This document shows positions 48,030 through 57,447 of a stretch of 64,000 bases of DNA, one piece after another. The notes under the pieces are model-generated. The model was not told where the DNA came from. It worked only from the letters and a program-made list of their open reading frames with translations, and ran no database searches. The translations under genes and the position numbers were made by a program. The stretch covers positions 32,001 through 96,000 of IMG/VR virus record IMGVR_UViG_3300047558_000077; one strand, 5' to 3'. The number at the start of each line of letters is the position of its first letter. Position 1 is the stretch's first letter. Source of the stretch: a virus.

Positions 48030-48080
48030 CATTCCGTTTCGGGTGTGCTATTATTAGACATAATGAGAAAGGAAAACGGA

Positions 48081-48557
48081 ATGAATAAGGTTTGGATTTT
48101 TGATATTGACGGAACGCTTGCTAACGTCCATCATCGTTGGCATCATATCAACGGTGGTGGTAAAAAGAACTGGGACGCATTCTTTGCCGATCAAATCAAG
48201 GACGAACCTTATCAGCCAGTGATGGATATCCTTCATGCTCTTGTGTCACATTATGTAGACGGAAGAAATAAGGTAATCTTTGTTACTGCTCGGGATGAAC
48301 GATTTCGGGAAGTCAGTTTACAGTGGCTAAATCGTCATATCAAGTATAAGGTTAGTGACGAAGACCTGTATATGCGTCCTGCTGGTAATCGTGAAAACGA
48401 TGACCTTATCAAGGTGCGTATTATCAAGAATTGGTTACAGCGGCATCCTGCTTATGAAGTCGGTGCGATCTTCGAAGATCGGCATCGGATTATCGATGCG
48501 TTTCGTGCCGAAGGCTGGTATACTTTTGAGTGTAACCAGCAGCGTTTAGAGTTTTAG
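48081..48557 (+). CDS. HAD phosphatase (T4 PseT/PNK 3'-phosphatase-like)
   Basis: FDIDGTLA, VTAR, LYMRPAG, FEDR; own promoter TTGACA 48026 / TATTAT 48049. Confidence 0.85.
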   Translation: MNKVWIFDIDGTLANVHHRWHHINGGGKKNWDAFFADQIKDEPYQPVMDILHALVSHYVDGRNKVIFVTARDERFREVSLQWLNRHIKYKVSDEDLYMRPAGNRENDDLIKVRIIKNWLQRHPAYEVGAIFEDRHRIIDAFRAEGWYTFECNQQRLEF

Positions 48558-48563
48558 AGTTAT

Positions 48564-48637
48564 TGTCCCTTAGCTCAAAGGTAGAGCAATGTGCTGATAA
48601 CACATAGACACTGGATCGTTACCAGTAGGGACAACCA
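48564..48637 (+). tRNA. tRNA-Ile(GAT)
   Basis: Cloverleaf, CCA. Confidence 0.9.
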
Positions 48638-48641
48638 ATAT

Positions 48642-48727
48642 GGGGGACTATTTGGCTAAGGACGCCAAGGGGTCTGTAAAACTCAAGCCTATGTGCTGGC
48701 CCGGATCGTTACCGGGGTCCCCTACCA
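48642..48727 (+). tRNA. tRNA-Tyr(GTA)
   Basis: Long variable arm, CCA. Confidence 0.8.
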
Positions 48728-48733
48728 AATTAC

Positions 48734-48790
48734 GGGCGAGAGCAAGGATGCATCCTAGGTTATAGGGGTTCGATTCCCCCTCGTCCACCA
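48734..48790 (+). ncRNA. 57-nt mini tRNA-Ala-like RNA (G3:U70, A73, no D-arm)
   Basis: GGGCGAG/CTCGTCC-A-CCA, GGGG-TTCGATT-CCCC T-arm, AGGA-TGCA-TCCT hairpin. Confidence 0.65.
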
Positions 48791-48796
48791 GTTTAT

Positions 48797-48870
48797 TCGG
48801 GGTTAGTTTAATGGTAGAACGTCGGTCTTTGGAACCGACTGTCTGGGTTCGAGTCCTAGACCCCGATCCA
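48797..48870 (+). tRNA. tRNA-Gln(TTG)
   Basis: U1:A72, cloverleaf, CCA. Confidence 0.92.
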
Positions 48871-49123
48871 AATACCGGTTTCGGTCGCCCGGTCTGTTGC
48901 TGGCAACATAAGCAAGGCACGATTAAGTTGCGTATGCTGCTTATGCCAAGGGCAAGATACAGATAAAACCGAGCCTTTTTGTTGTAAGGAATACACTATG
49001 AACAAGGTGAAAGTTTCTCTTAGAGAAATCATGGAAGATGATAATCATCCACTTATGCTGAAATGGGTAGATGAGTTTCACTCAACACTTAGGGAAAAAA
49101 TCCAAAGTTATATAATGAAATTT

Positions 49124-49198
49124 TCAGGGATAGTTTAACAGGTAAAACCACGGACTCTGACTCCGTATTTCTTGGTTCGAATCCAGGTCCCTGATCCA
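49124..49198 (+). tRNA. tRNA-Gln(CTG)
   Basis: U1:A72, cloverleaf, CCA. Confidence 0.92.
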
Positions 49199-49215
49199 AC
49201 ACTAAAGGATATATT

Positions 49216-49710
49216 ATGAATAAGTTCTTGACAACCGCAGTCGTTTTTGCTACACTTACAACTTCGGCAATGGCCGACCCTGTTACCGATTTTTTCGGTG
49301 GTATCTTTGGCGATCAATCGCCTCCACAAGCAAGAATGAGAAAGAGTAAACATGCAAGACACACAGTTCCACAGAATGCTAACGACGGTGGTAATGATGA
49401 TTGGACTGCTTCTTGGGGCCATTCTAATCATGGAAGCAGTCATATGGTCGCTTCATTTTATGGGCATGGAGAACACCTTTCAAGACACACCGCCTCGGGC
49501 GCACTTTTCAATCCTCATGGATACACAGCCGCACATCGCAGTTATCCATTCGGCACTCATTTGAGAGTATGTCATCATGGATGTGTTACAGTTGTGGTCA
49601 ACGATAGAGGACCATTTGTCAGGGGTCGTTCTCTTGATCTTTCTTATGGTGCTGCAAGGGCTATTGGCATGGGTAGCACTTCAAATATCTCCGTTGAAAG
49701 ACTAAACTAG
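49216..49710 (+). CDS. RlpA-like (DPBB) lytic transglycosylase with signal peptide
   Basis: ASFYG, TASG, TAAHRSYPFGT, VNDRGPF, LDLSYGAA. Confidence 0.9.
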   Translation: MNKFLTTAVVFATLTTSAMADPVTDFFGGIFGDQSPPQARMRKSKHARHTVPQNANDGGNDDWTASWGHSNHGSSHMVASFYGHGEHLSRHTASGALFNPHGYTAAHRSYPFGTHLRVCHHGCVTVVVNDRGPFVRGRSLDLSYGAARAIGMGSTSNISVERLN

Positions 49711-49720
49711 ATAGTTATAC

Positions 49721-49795
49721 GGGCCTGTAGTTCAGGGGGAGAACGTCTGCTTTGCAAGCAGAATGTCGGCGGTTCGATTCCGTCCAGGTCCACCA
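49721..49795 (+). tRNA. tRNA-Ala(TGC)
   Basis: G3:U70, cloverleaf, CCA. Confidence 0.94.
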
Positions 49796-49799
49796 ATAT

Positions 49800-49874
49800 G
49801 CTTCATTCGTCTACTGGCTAGGACACCCGCCTCTCAAGCGGGAAAAAGGAGATCGATACTCCTATGAAGCACCA
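49800..49874 (+). tRNA. tRNA-Glu(CTC)
   Basis: Cloverleaf, CCA. Confidence 0.9.
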
Positions 49875-49893
49875 AACACTAGAGAGTTATATC

Positions 49894-50502
49894 ATGGAAA
49901 TTATTAAAGACCTTCTCTCAAAAGAAAAGCAAAATGAAATTGAACATACTATGTTAAAAACTTCATTTCCGTGGTACTTCAATAGTGAAGCAACATATGA
50001 TATGTTCAATGATAATCGAACACTAAACACATCTTTCTTTGGTCATATGTTTTTCTATGGCGGTAAGATTGATTCGGAGTATTATTATCCGTTGATTTGT
50101 CAGCCGATCATCGAGGCTCTTGAACGTCACCAAGGTAGACGTTTTCAAAATCGTGTTTGGCGTATCAAAGCCAATCTCTACACGAAAGACGGATCATATC
50201 CAGAAGACTTTCATCATCCTCCACACATAGACAATTCAGAAGATAACTTCCGGGGAGAAACTTTTCTCTACTTTGTCAATGATGCTGATGGTGATACTTT
50301 TATGTTTAATGAGCATTACGACTATGTTCATAAGCGTTATGGTCCCGAAGGATTTAAAGGAAACTTTACAAATCAGCTAAGGATTCCGCCAGAAAAAGGT
50401 AAGTCAGTATTATTCCCACTGACACAATGTCATACATCATCTATCCCTAGAAAAGGTGGTCCACGCATCACATTAAACTTTGTGTTCGGTGAATATTTCT
50501 GA
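49894..50502 (+). CDS. 2OG-Fe(II) oxygenase-like protein
   Basis: PHID, LYFVNDADGDT, HTSSIP, RITLNF. Confidence 0.75.
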   Translation: MEIIKDLLSKEKQNEIEHTMLKTSFPWYFNSEATYDMFNDNRTLNTSFFGHMFFYGGKIDSEYYYPLICQPIIEALERHQGRRFQNRVWRIKANLYTKDGSYPEDFHHPPHIDNSEDNFRGETFLYFVNDADGDTFMFNEHYDYVHKRYGPEGFKGNFTNQLRIPPEKGKSVLFPLTQCHTSSIPRKGGPRITLNFVFGEYF

Positions 50503-50895
50503 TTGACAAATCTAGAAAATGCTATATACTAATGATTGTGCATTGCACAATTGAAACGGATGCTTCGCCTAATGGGAAGCGCAACTGAAAAGGAAAAGGA
50601 ATGAATAAGATTATTCCACTACTAACAGTTTTAGTATTGACATCCTCTGCTAATGCTGTAGAATATAACACTGATAGTTTTGAAAAGTATGGATACGGTA
50701 GTGCTGCGTCTGTGATTCCTGATACCAATCTAAAGAGCGGTCTTCGTGGATTACATGTAGCTTGTAATCATCCTACCACTAACGCATACTATCCAGGCTA
50801 TCTAGCAGTACCAGAGGCTGGTAAACAGACACACTAAATAATGAACATTGGTCCCACGGAATTTCCGTGGGGCTCCTACCTGAAGGTGAGAAAAC

Positions 50896-51225
50896 ATGAG
50901 AAAGTTGTCTATTGCTCTTGTCGCAGTTCTTGGTCTTTCCCTAGCCGCAGCTACACCAGCTAAAGCCCAGTTTTGGGGCGGTTACTATCCTGGTTTCTAC
51001 GGAGGTTGGGGTTACGGCGGCTATGGTTACGGTGCAGCCGCTCTTGCTGCAGGACTAGCAGTAGGTGCTATTGCTGGTGCTATCGCTGCTAGTAATCAGC
51101 CATACTACGGTCCATATTATGGTGGCTATTATGAACCGGCTCCACGAGTATATCAGCGTAAGCAGATTATCATTCGCAATAGTCCTGGTGCCCGTGTAAT
51201 CGAACAGGACGTATTTGATTGGTGA
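50896..51225 (+). CDS. Secreted Gly/Tyr-rich protein of alphaproteobacterial type
   Basis: Signal peptide, GY repeats, AAGLAVGAIAGA glycine-zipper-like stretch. Confidence 0.55.
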   Translation: MRKLSIALVAVLGLSLAAATPAKAQFWGGYYPGFYGGWGYGGYGYGAAALAAGLAVGAIAGAIAASNQPYYGPYYGGYYEPAPRVYQRKQIIIRNSPGARVIEQDVFDW

Positions 51226-51703
51226 TCGTCTAATGTGCTACTACACCTTGACACTAGAAAAGAATATCCCTAACGAAGGTCATAAACGTGCGATTATGAT
51301 CCTCGATGCTAGGGATAAGAAAGAAGCAACCGCTAAGTTTCTAAATACTTTCGGTGCTCAATACTATAATGATATCGATCTGGTGGAGGGAATACATATT
51401 CCTGATGGCTTTGATCGGTTGTTAACAGATCAGGCTAGAAAGTATATCTTGAAAGCCAAGACAAAGGCAGATGATGCTCCGCCTTTGGTATCATATCAAA
51501 ACATGATCCATCTAAGCTATTGAGGAGAGCATGGAATATATTCTAGTGAATGAGTGGTACGTTTATTGGTATGCGACAGTTATGTTGTCGTTACTAACTT
51601 GGCTTAGTATCATGATTCTTTCAGGAACTGTGTTTATCGTTTCTGTAGTTTATGATATCGTCAAGCAGATATCTAATAAGTGGTCAACTAAAAACTAATC
51701 AAT

Positions 51704-51779
51704 GCCGGTATAGCTCAGTAGGTAGAGCAGTTGATTCGTAATCATCAGGTCGTGGGTTCGATTCCTGCTACCGGCACCA
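51704..51779 (+). tRNA. tRNA-Thr(CGT)
   Basis: Cloverleaf, CCA. Confidence 0.92.
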
Positions 51780-52161
51780 TTTGGAGAATGAAATGAAAAA
51801 GTTTATTATTAGCGGTCTTACACTCGGTCTACTTGCTCTTCCTTTTACATGGTCTGCCTCTCTAGGTGCTCCTACCAAGAAAGATGAACCTGTTACAGGA
51901 GAAAAGATTGTCTGTGAAAAGACCGAGAGTGCTGTAAAGATGATGAGTGAAAAAGGCTTCTATCATCTACTGAATATGACAAACAAGGATAATGTTGTCG
52001 AGAACATCTGGATTTCGGGTCAGGATATTGTTATCACCGCACAGACAGAAGATAATACCTGTATGCTCGCATTTATGAAAGATGTTACATACAATCCTGA
52101 TACACTACAGGGTCTAGTAAAGGCCTACGAAATGCAAAAGGGAAAGCAGAAGGATATCTAA

Positions 52162-52509
52162 ATGGCGTGGGGTTATCATCTTATTCTAGATTGTTATGAT
52201 GCGGACAAAGAACTAATCACCGATGCAAAGAACATCACCGCTTTTGCCAAAACATTAGTAAATCGTATTGATATGAAGGCATATGGTGAACCGCAAGTCA
52301 TTCACTTTGGTGAAGATGATAAGCAAGGCTACACACTGGTGCAGCTAATCGAAACATCCAACATCGTCGCACATTTCTGTGATGATAGTGGAAACTTTTA
52401 TATGGATGTTTTCTCGTGTAAACCCTTTGAAACCGTGAAGGTGCTAGAAACTGTAAATCAGTTTTTCGCTCCAAAGAAGATTAGGGAGCGATATGTAGAA
52501 AGAGACTAA
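52162..52509 (+). CDS. speD: Pyruvoyl-dependent S-adenosylmethionine decarboxylase-like protein
   Basis: GYHLILD, GYTLVQLIETSNIVAH, DVFSCKPF. Confidence 0.85.
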   Translation: MAWGYHLILDCYDADKELITDAKNITAFAKTLVNRIDMKAYGEPQVIHFGEDDKQGYTLVQLIETSNIVAHFCDDSGNFYMDVFSCKPFETVKVLETVNQFFAPKKIRERYVERD

Positions 52510-52511
52510 TC

Positions 52512-52982
52512 ATGCGTAAGAAACTGGATCTAGACGAAGTAAGAGAGTTCATTGCAGAGTCCTCGGAGTCTACCAAGATTTATATTGGTTCTGACTCGGA
52601 ACGCCATCGTCGTGGTGGTGTTTGGTTTGCTGACTATGCGGTGGTTGTAGTAGTTCATAAGGACGGTAAGCACGGTGCTAAAGTCTTTGGTGAGATTACA
52701 ACCGAGCGTGATTACGATCAGAAGAAGGATAAGCCACGAGTTCGCTTGATGACCGAGGTTATGAAGGCTGCTCAACTTTATCTGGATCTAGAGGAAGTTA
52801 TCGGTGACCGAGAGTGCCAGGTTCACATCGATATCAATCCAAATCTAAAGCATGGTTCGTCCTGTGTTATTAGTGAAGCAGTTGGCTATATCAAAGGCAT
52901 GACAGGAGTTACGCCTAGAGTAAAGCCAGAAGCATGGGCAGCATCTATTTGTGCTGACAAGTTTCCAGAGTTGCGTTCATAA
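52512..52982 (+). CDS. RNase H-like YkuK (DUF458) protein
   Basis: IYIGSDS, RLMTEV, VHIDIN, KPEAWAAS..AD. Confidence 0.8.
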   Translation: MRKKLDLDEVREFIAESSESTKIYIGSDSERHRRGGVWFADYAVVVVVHKDGKHGAKVFGEITTERDYDQKKDKPRVRLMTEVMKAAQLYLDLEEVIGDRECQVHIDINPNLKHGSSCVISEAVGYIKGMTGVTPRVKPEAWAASICADKFPELRS

Positions 52983-53188
52983 TGTGAACACATTTATATG
53001 CTAAATACTTATTCGCTAGGCAGTCATATTGCCTAGCGTTTATAGCCGTTGACTGCGAATGTACCAGCAACGGCATTTCACTCCTATACGACCTCGTCAG
53101 GTTCTTTTTCCTAAAACAATCTCACATTTCCTTCATCTTTCGTTATCGTGATATTGTGCGTGGTCGTATCTAACAGAAAGGTACTATT

Positions 53189-53680
53189 ATGAAAAAGATT
53201 TTATTTGCTTTCATTACGGTACTTGCTCTTGCGGTACCCGCAGAAGCAAGAAATCTGGCTCAGACAGAGGTCCAGGAACATAATCTTCTAGATAATATTC
53301 TTGGTACTCAGGACGGTTCATGGGGCGTTTCGCCTCGTATTCGTGCTCCTATTCGTCATGCTAACCGTTATCACACATATAAGCGTCACTATGTAGGTAA
53401 TGTTTCTAATTCTATCGCTTCATACGGTAGAATGCTCCAGGCTTCTGGACTAAGAGTATCAGAACATCCTGCATTTGGAGGCGTTCATCATGTCCATCAT
53501 GGTTGGGCACATTATGCTGGAAGAGCAATTGATGTGAACATCGGGCGTGGTGTTAATGAAGCGTCAAGTAGAGCAACCAGAGCTAGATTTGATGCTGTTG
53601 CCGCACGAGCCAGGGCAGCAGGATACACCGTGCTGTGGCGAGTAGCTGGCCACTTTAATCACATACATATTCAACGTTAA
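53189..53680 (+). CDS. Secreted LAS-type (M15/Hedgehog-like) Zn peptidase
   Basis: Signal peptide; HYAGRAID (H-x6-D) and NHIHI (HxH). Confidence 0.6.
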   Translation: MKKILFAFITVLALAVPAEARNLAQTEVQEHNLLDNILGTQDGSWGVSPRIRAPIRHANRYHTYKRHYVGNVSNSIASYGRMLQASGLRVSEHPAFGGVHHVHHGWAHYAGRAIDVNIGRGVNEASSRATRARFDAVAARARAAGYTVLWRVAGHFNHIHIQR

Positions 53681-53684
53681 CGGA

Positions 53685-53712
53685 GAGGGGAGCAGAAATG
53701 CTCCTCTTTTTC
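53685..53712 (+). terminator. Rho-independent terminator
   Basis: GGGGAGCA-GAAA-TGCTCCTC followed by TTTTT. Confidence 0.75.
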
Positions 53713-54580
53713 TTGCTAAATACTCGTATGCTAAAGATCGAAACATCATTTGCAAAAAACCGAGAAATTGCGGAACAAAGACTAAGCATATGTAAAGAAT
53801 GCCCTAGATATGTTGAAGCAATAAGCCGCTGTAGAGAATGCGGTTGTTTCATGAAAGCAAAAGCATTATGGCCCAGTGCTGCTTGTCCTCTAGGAAAATG
53901 GGGGCCACATAAAGGAGAAAAGTGATGGCTTTTCTATTCAGAGATTACTGGCCTAGACCAATTGCGGGCAATCTATCAATACACAATTTTGGCAATGGCG
54001 CTGACGGCAAACCCTATTCATTCATGGTATGGAACGCAGGTGATAATCGTCACTACTATCAAGAAGACTATCACGATAACAAGTGGACCGCTACATGGGT
54101 CATGGACTATCTTGGCGAAAAAGGTGTAACCGAGACGGCGGATATCTATCCACGTTATCCATATCAGTTCTGGACAAAGTATAGAACTACAGCGTTTGTT
54201 AAAGGTAAGGAAATACTTTGGGGCGGTATTCAAAACATTGGTGATGAATTTACCGTTGATCTCATGATTGATCCTGTTAACTCAACAAAGTTCGAACTAC
54301 CAACTCCAGGAAAACAAAGAGTAAAGTTTTGTAATCAGTATAATCTATTCAACGGTTACACCGACGTTATCGAAATTGAATACGATCAGACATTTGGTAA
54401 CAAGACGGCTGGCTGGAGAGCATGGCACGCCCGTGGTGTAGGAATTGTTCAAATCAAGTGGAGATGGAAAGGAAACGATATCGGCGATCCTATTCCTGCA
54501 ACAGTTTCCGTTGTTAAAGGAAAGATTGTCAATAAGTATCCCGTATTGACATAACGACCTTTCTTTGCTATAATGACAGA

Positions 54581-54994
54581 ATGAAAAATGTGAATAAGGA
54601 AATCCTCAAAACCCTGACAAAGGTGGCCGCTGCTAATCCGCATCCTGCGGAAAAGTTTGCGGCCGCTATTGTTTTTCGTAATCGTATTGTTTCCATCGGA
54701 ATGAATAGTATGAAGTCTCATCCGATGGCAGCGAAATATTCCAAAAATCAACACGCCATTTTCCTTCATAGTGAGGTAGCAGCAATCAAGAATGCTCTCC
54801 GTGAGGTTGAGGTTGATCATCTCACCAAATGCGAACTGTATATTGTGCGAGTAAAGAAAGAGCAACCGTTTGCCCGAAATGTTGTTTGGGGTCTGGCTAA
54901 ACCTTGTATCGGTTGTCAAAGAGCAATCGCCGAGTTTGGTCTGAAACGAGTAATCTATACCTGTGATGGTGGAGACTATGAGGTGATGGAATGA
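54581..54994 (+). CDS. Zn-dependent cytidine/dCMP deaminase-like protein, probably on a leaderless mRNA
   Basis: HSE...PCIGC; promoter TTGACA 54546 / TATAAT 54569 puts +1 at the ATG. Confidence 0.8.
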   Translation: MKNVNKEILKTLTKVAAANPHPAEKFAAAIVFRNRIVSIGMNSMKSHPMAAKYSKNQHAIFLHSEVAAIKNALREVEVDHLTKCELYIVRVKKEQPFARNVVWGLAKPCIGCQRAIAEFGLKRVIYTCDGGDYEVME

Positions 54995-55675
54995 GCATTG
55001 ATCAACTAAATCATGATATCTATGTTTCAAAACAAGAAAAAGAAATCAACCGACTTCAAAAGTATGAGAAGTTGGTTCAGTTTATTGCCAATGACTATCA
55101 TGAACTATCACACGATAAAGCCATGTGGCAGCGTGACGATTGGAAAAACCGTTGCCGCAAACTGATTGAGGAAGATAATGACTGACGAAAACAAAATGAC
55201 TTGGTGGGAAGCAAGTCAAGAACTGGATAAGATGATGCTAGACTCCCATAATGATCTTGATGAAATGGCAGATAAATGTCCATCTAAATTGAAACTTGCC
55301 GTCACTCGATGGGTAATGAAACATATTGTGGATCATGCCCGTGAAGGTGGTTCTTACAGATATCTAATCTATAATCGTCTTGGTTTCGGACCAGAAGCAT
55401 ATGCCCCTCTATGTGATGATGGTATGACTATCTCTAATGAGTTTGATATTGATAACATGGATGCTATCAAAGCAAAGGTCAGAGAAGAAAAGATTGAATC
55501 GCTAAAGCCTCTTCTTAATATGTGTGATGAACCAGGTTGTTTCAAGAATGCAGGATGCGGATGGCCAAGCGAAAATGGATATCGTCGGACATGTGGTGAA
55601 CACTATAGAGAACATAAGAAGTGACATATATAATCCTGAACCCTCGCTTTTGATGCGAGTAACAGGAGTATATTC

Positions 55676-56341
55676 ATGGCTAAAACATTCAAAGAGGCAT
55701 TTGGTGCCGCAAGAAAAGCAGGTAAAGAAACATTCGTTTTCGACGGCAAACTATACACCACAGAAGTGGCAGTAAAAGATGCCGACGAAACAAAATTCGT
55801 TGACGTTACCAATACAGTTGCTGACGCTAAGGTTGCTACTGTAGGTAAACTAAAGAAGAACGTATGGCCATTACAGTCAGAGTTGCGTAAGAAGTTCGGC
55901 ACACCTGATTATGGTGGAGCATTCAGAAAGAATATGGTTCAGGTAAATCTACCATATACAATGTGGATGGACGATATTAAGATTACTAAAACATGGATGA
56001 ATAGAAGTTGCGCCGACTCTCTTGTTCGTGTTCTTACATATGTGTGGGACGAGAATGGTCGTGACTATGACAAAATCAAGGCACAGCAACTACATATCTT
56101 TTCTGGTTCATGGAACATTCGTAACATGCGTGGCGGTTCTTCGCTATCTACCCATGCTTTTGGTGTTGCCATCGATATCGCTGCCCCTTATAATGCTCTT
56201 GGTAGAAAGCCAGGATATAATAAGCATTCTTTCACTGATAACTCTCTAATCGTCAAGGCCTTCAAAGAAGAAGGATGGATTTGGGGCGGTGATTGGCAGC
56301 GTCGCCCTGACGGTATGCATTTCCAGGCTGCCCGTATCTAA
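55676..56341 (+). CDS. Endolysin, M15 L-Ala-D-Glu peptidase family
   Basis: RNMRG, STHAFGVAID, WGGDW, DGMHFQ. Confidence 0.88.
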   Translation: MAKTFKEAFGAARKAGKETFVFDGKLYTTEVAVKDADETKFVDVTNTVADAKVATVGKLKKNVWPLQSELRKKFGTPDYGGAFRKNMVQVNLPYTMWMDDIKITKTWMNRSCADSLVRVLTYVWDENGRDYDKIKAQQLHIFSGSWNIRNMRGGSSLSTHAFGVAIDIAAPYNALGRKPGYNKHSFTDNSLIVKAFKEEGWIWGGDWQRRPDGMHFQAARI

Positions 56342-57447
56342 CACAACGAGGTTTATATTATGAAAATGATATACAAGTATCCACTTGGTACAGAAATATA
56401 TCACAATATGGTGACCGAGGTCGAGATGCCCAGAAACGCAGAGATATTATCCTTACAAATGCAAGGTGGTATTCCTGTAATCTGGGCTATCGTCAATCCC
56501 AAGAAACAAAAGCGCAAGTATGTGTTTCATGTCTTTGGTACAGGATATGAAATGCTTGACTATGAAAGAAAGCATTATGTTTATGTCGGCACAGTTCAAC
56601 AGAGCGGTCTAATGACTCTTGTTTGGCATATTTTTGAGGTGATAGAATAATGGGCAGTTCACGAGACCTTTGGGACGAAGCAGTAGAAGACGCTAATGCT
56701 ACGGTCACTGGTAATATAACAAGGCCACCAGGATCATATATTACTTCTATACCATATCCTCACGGCGCTGTCGGAGCGTCTGGTTCTATTGTTGGTGCTC
56801 CTTCGACTACGGCTAGTGAACTAACGGTTATGACTTCTCACGGTCAAGTAAAGATAAATCTTGATACAGGTGTTCTTACTATTCCACATGGCATTGGTCG
56901 TGAAGAGGCTATTCGTGACTTTTGGTTGGGATTTCAAGAGAACTTCCGAGGTGCTGAAAGGGCAAAGTATGAGGATGAGGTTGCTTCTCTAAAAAAACAT
57001 ATATCCTATATCACTCAAAAAGCAGAAGAATATAAAAATGAGGTCCTTAATACAGCGAAGAAGTCTGTTGTCAAAAAGATTGCTGAAAAGTATGGCAATG
57101 AAAAGTTTATCATGGTGAAGCCTACTGATTTAATCAAGTTTATTGAGGAAGCATGAGAGACAAACACGAAGAACTAATCCAACAACTACATGAACTGGCG
57201 GACTGGGTTGAGAAACATAACTCAGTCCATTGTCATTCTGTTACAAGGAAAGCAGCATACACGATTGCCAGATTTGAAGAAGAAAACCATCGCTTGCGTC
57301 TGCAACTAAACAAAAGATATGTGACTATTGGCGATCTATATCATAGAGTCGTTGGTGCTGTTAGATTGTGGATTTACATAATCAAAAAGAAACTTAGTCA
57401 GTAAGAAGAAACATAAATACTCTTAGTATTATACTAGGAGAATAATT

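Noticed and set aside
44032-49443. ORF-track entries overlapping tRNAs (e.g. 44550-44774, 46605-46895, 46930-47202) and most minus-strand ORFs in the window
   Set aside because: Shadow frames of tRNAs or + strand genes, with no SD or recognisable motifs
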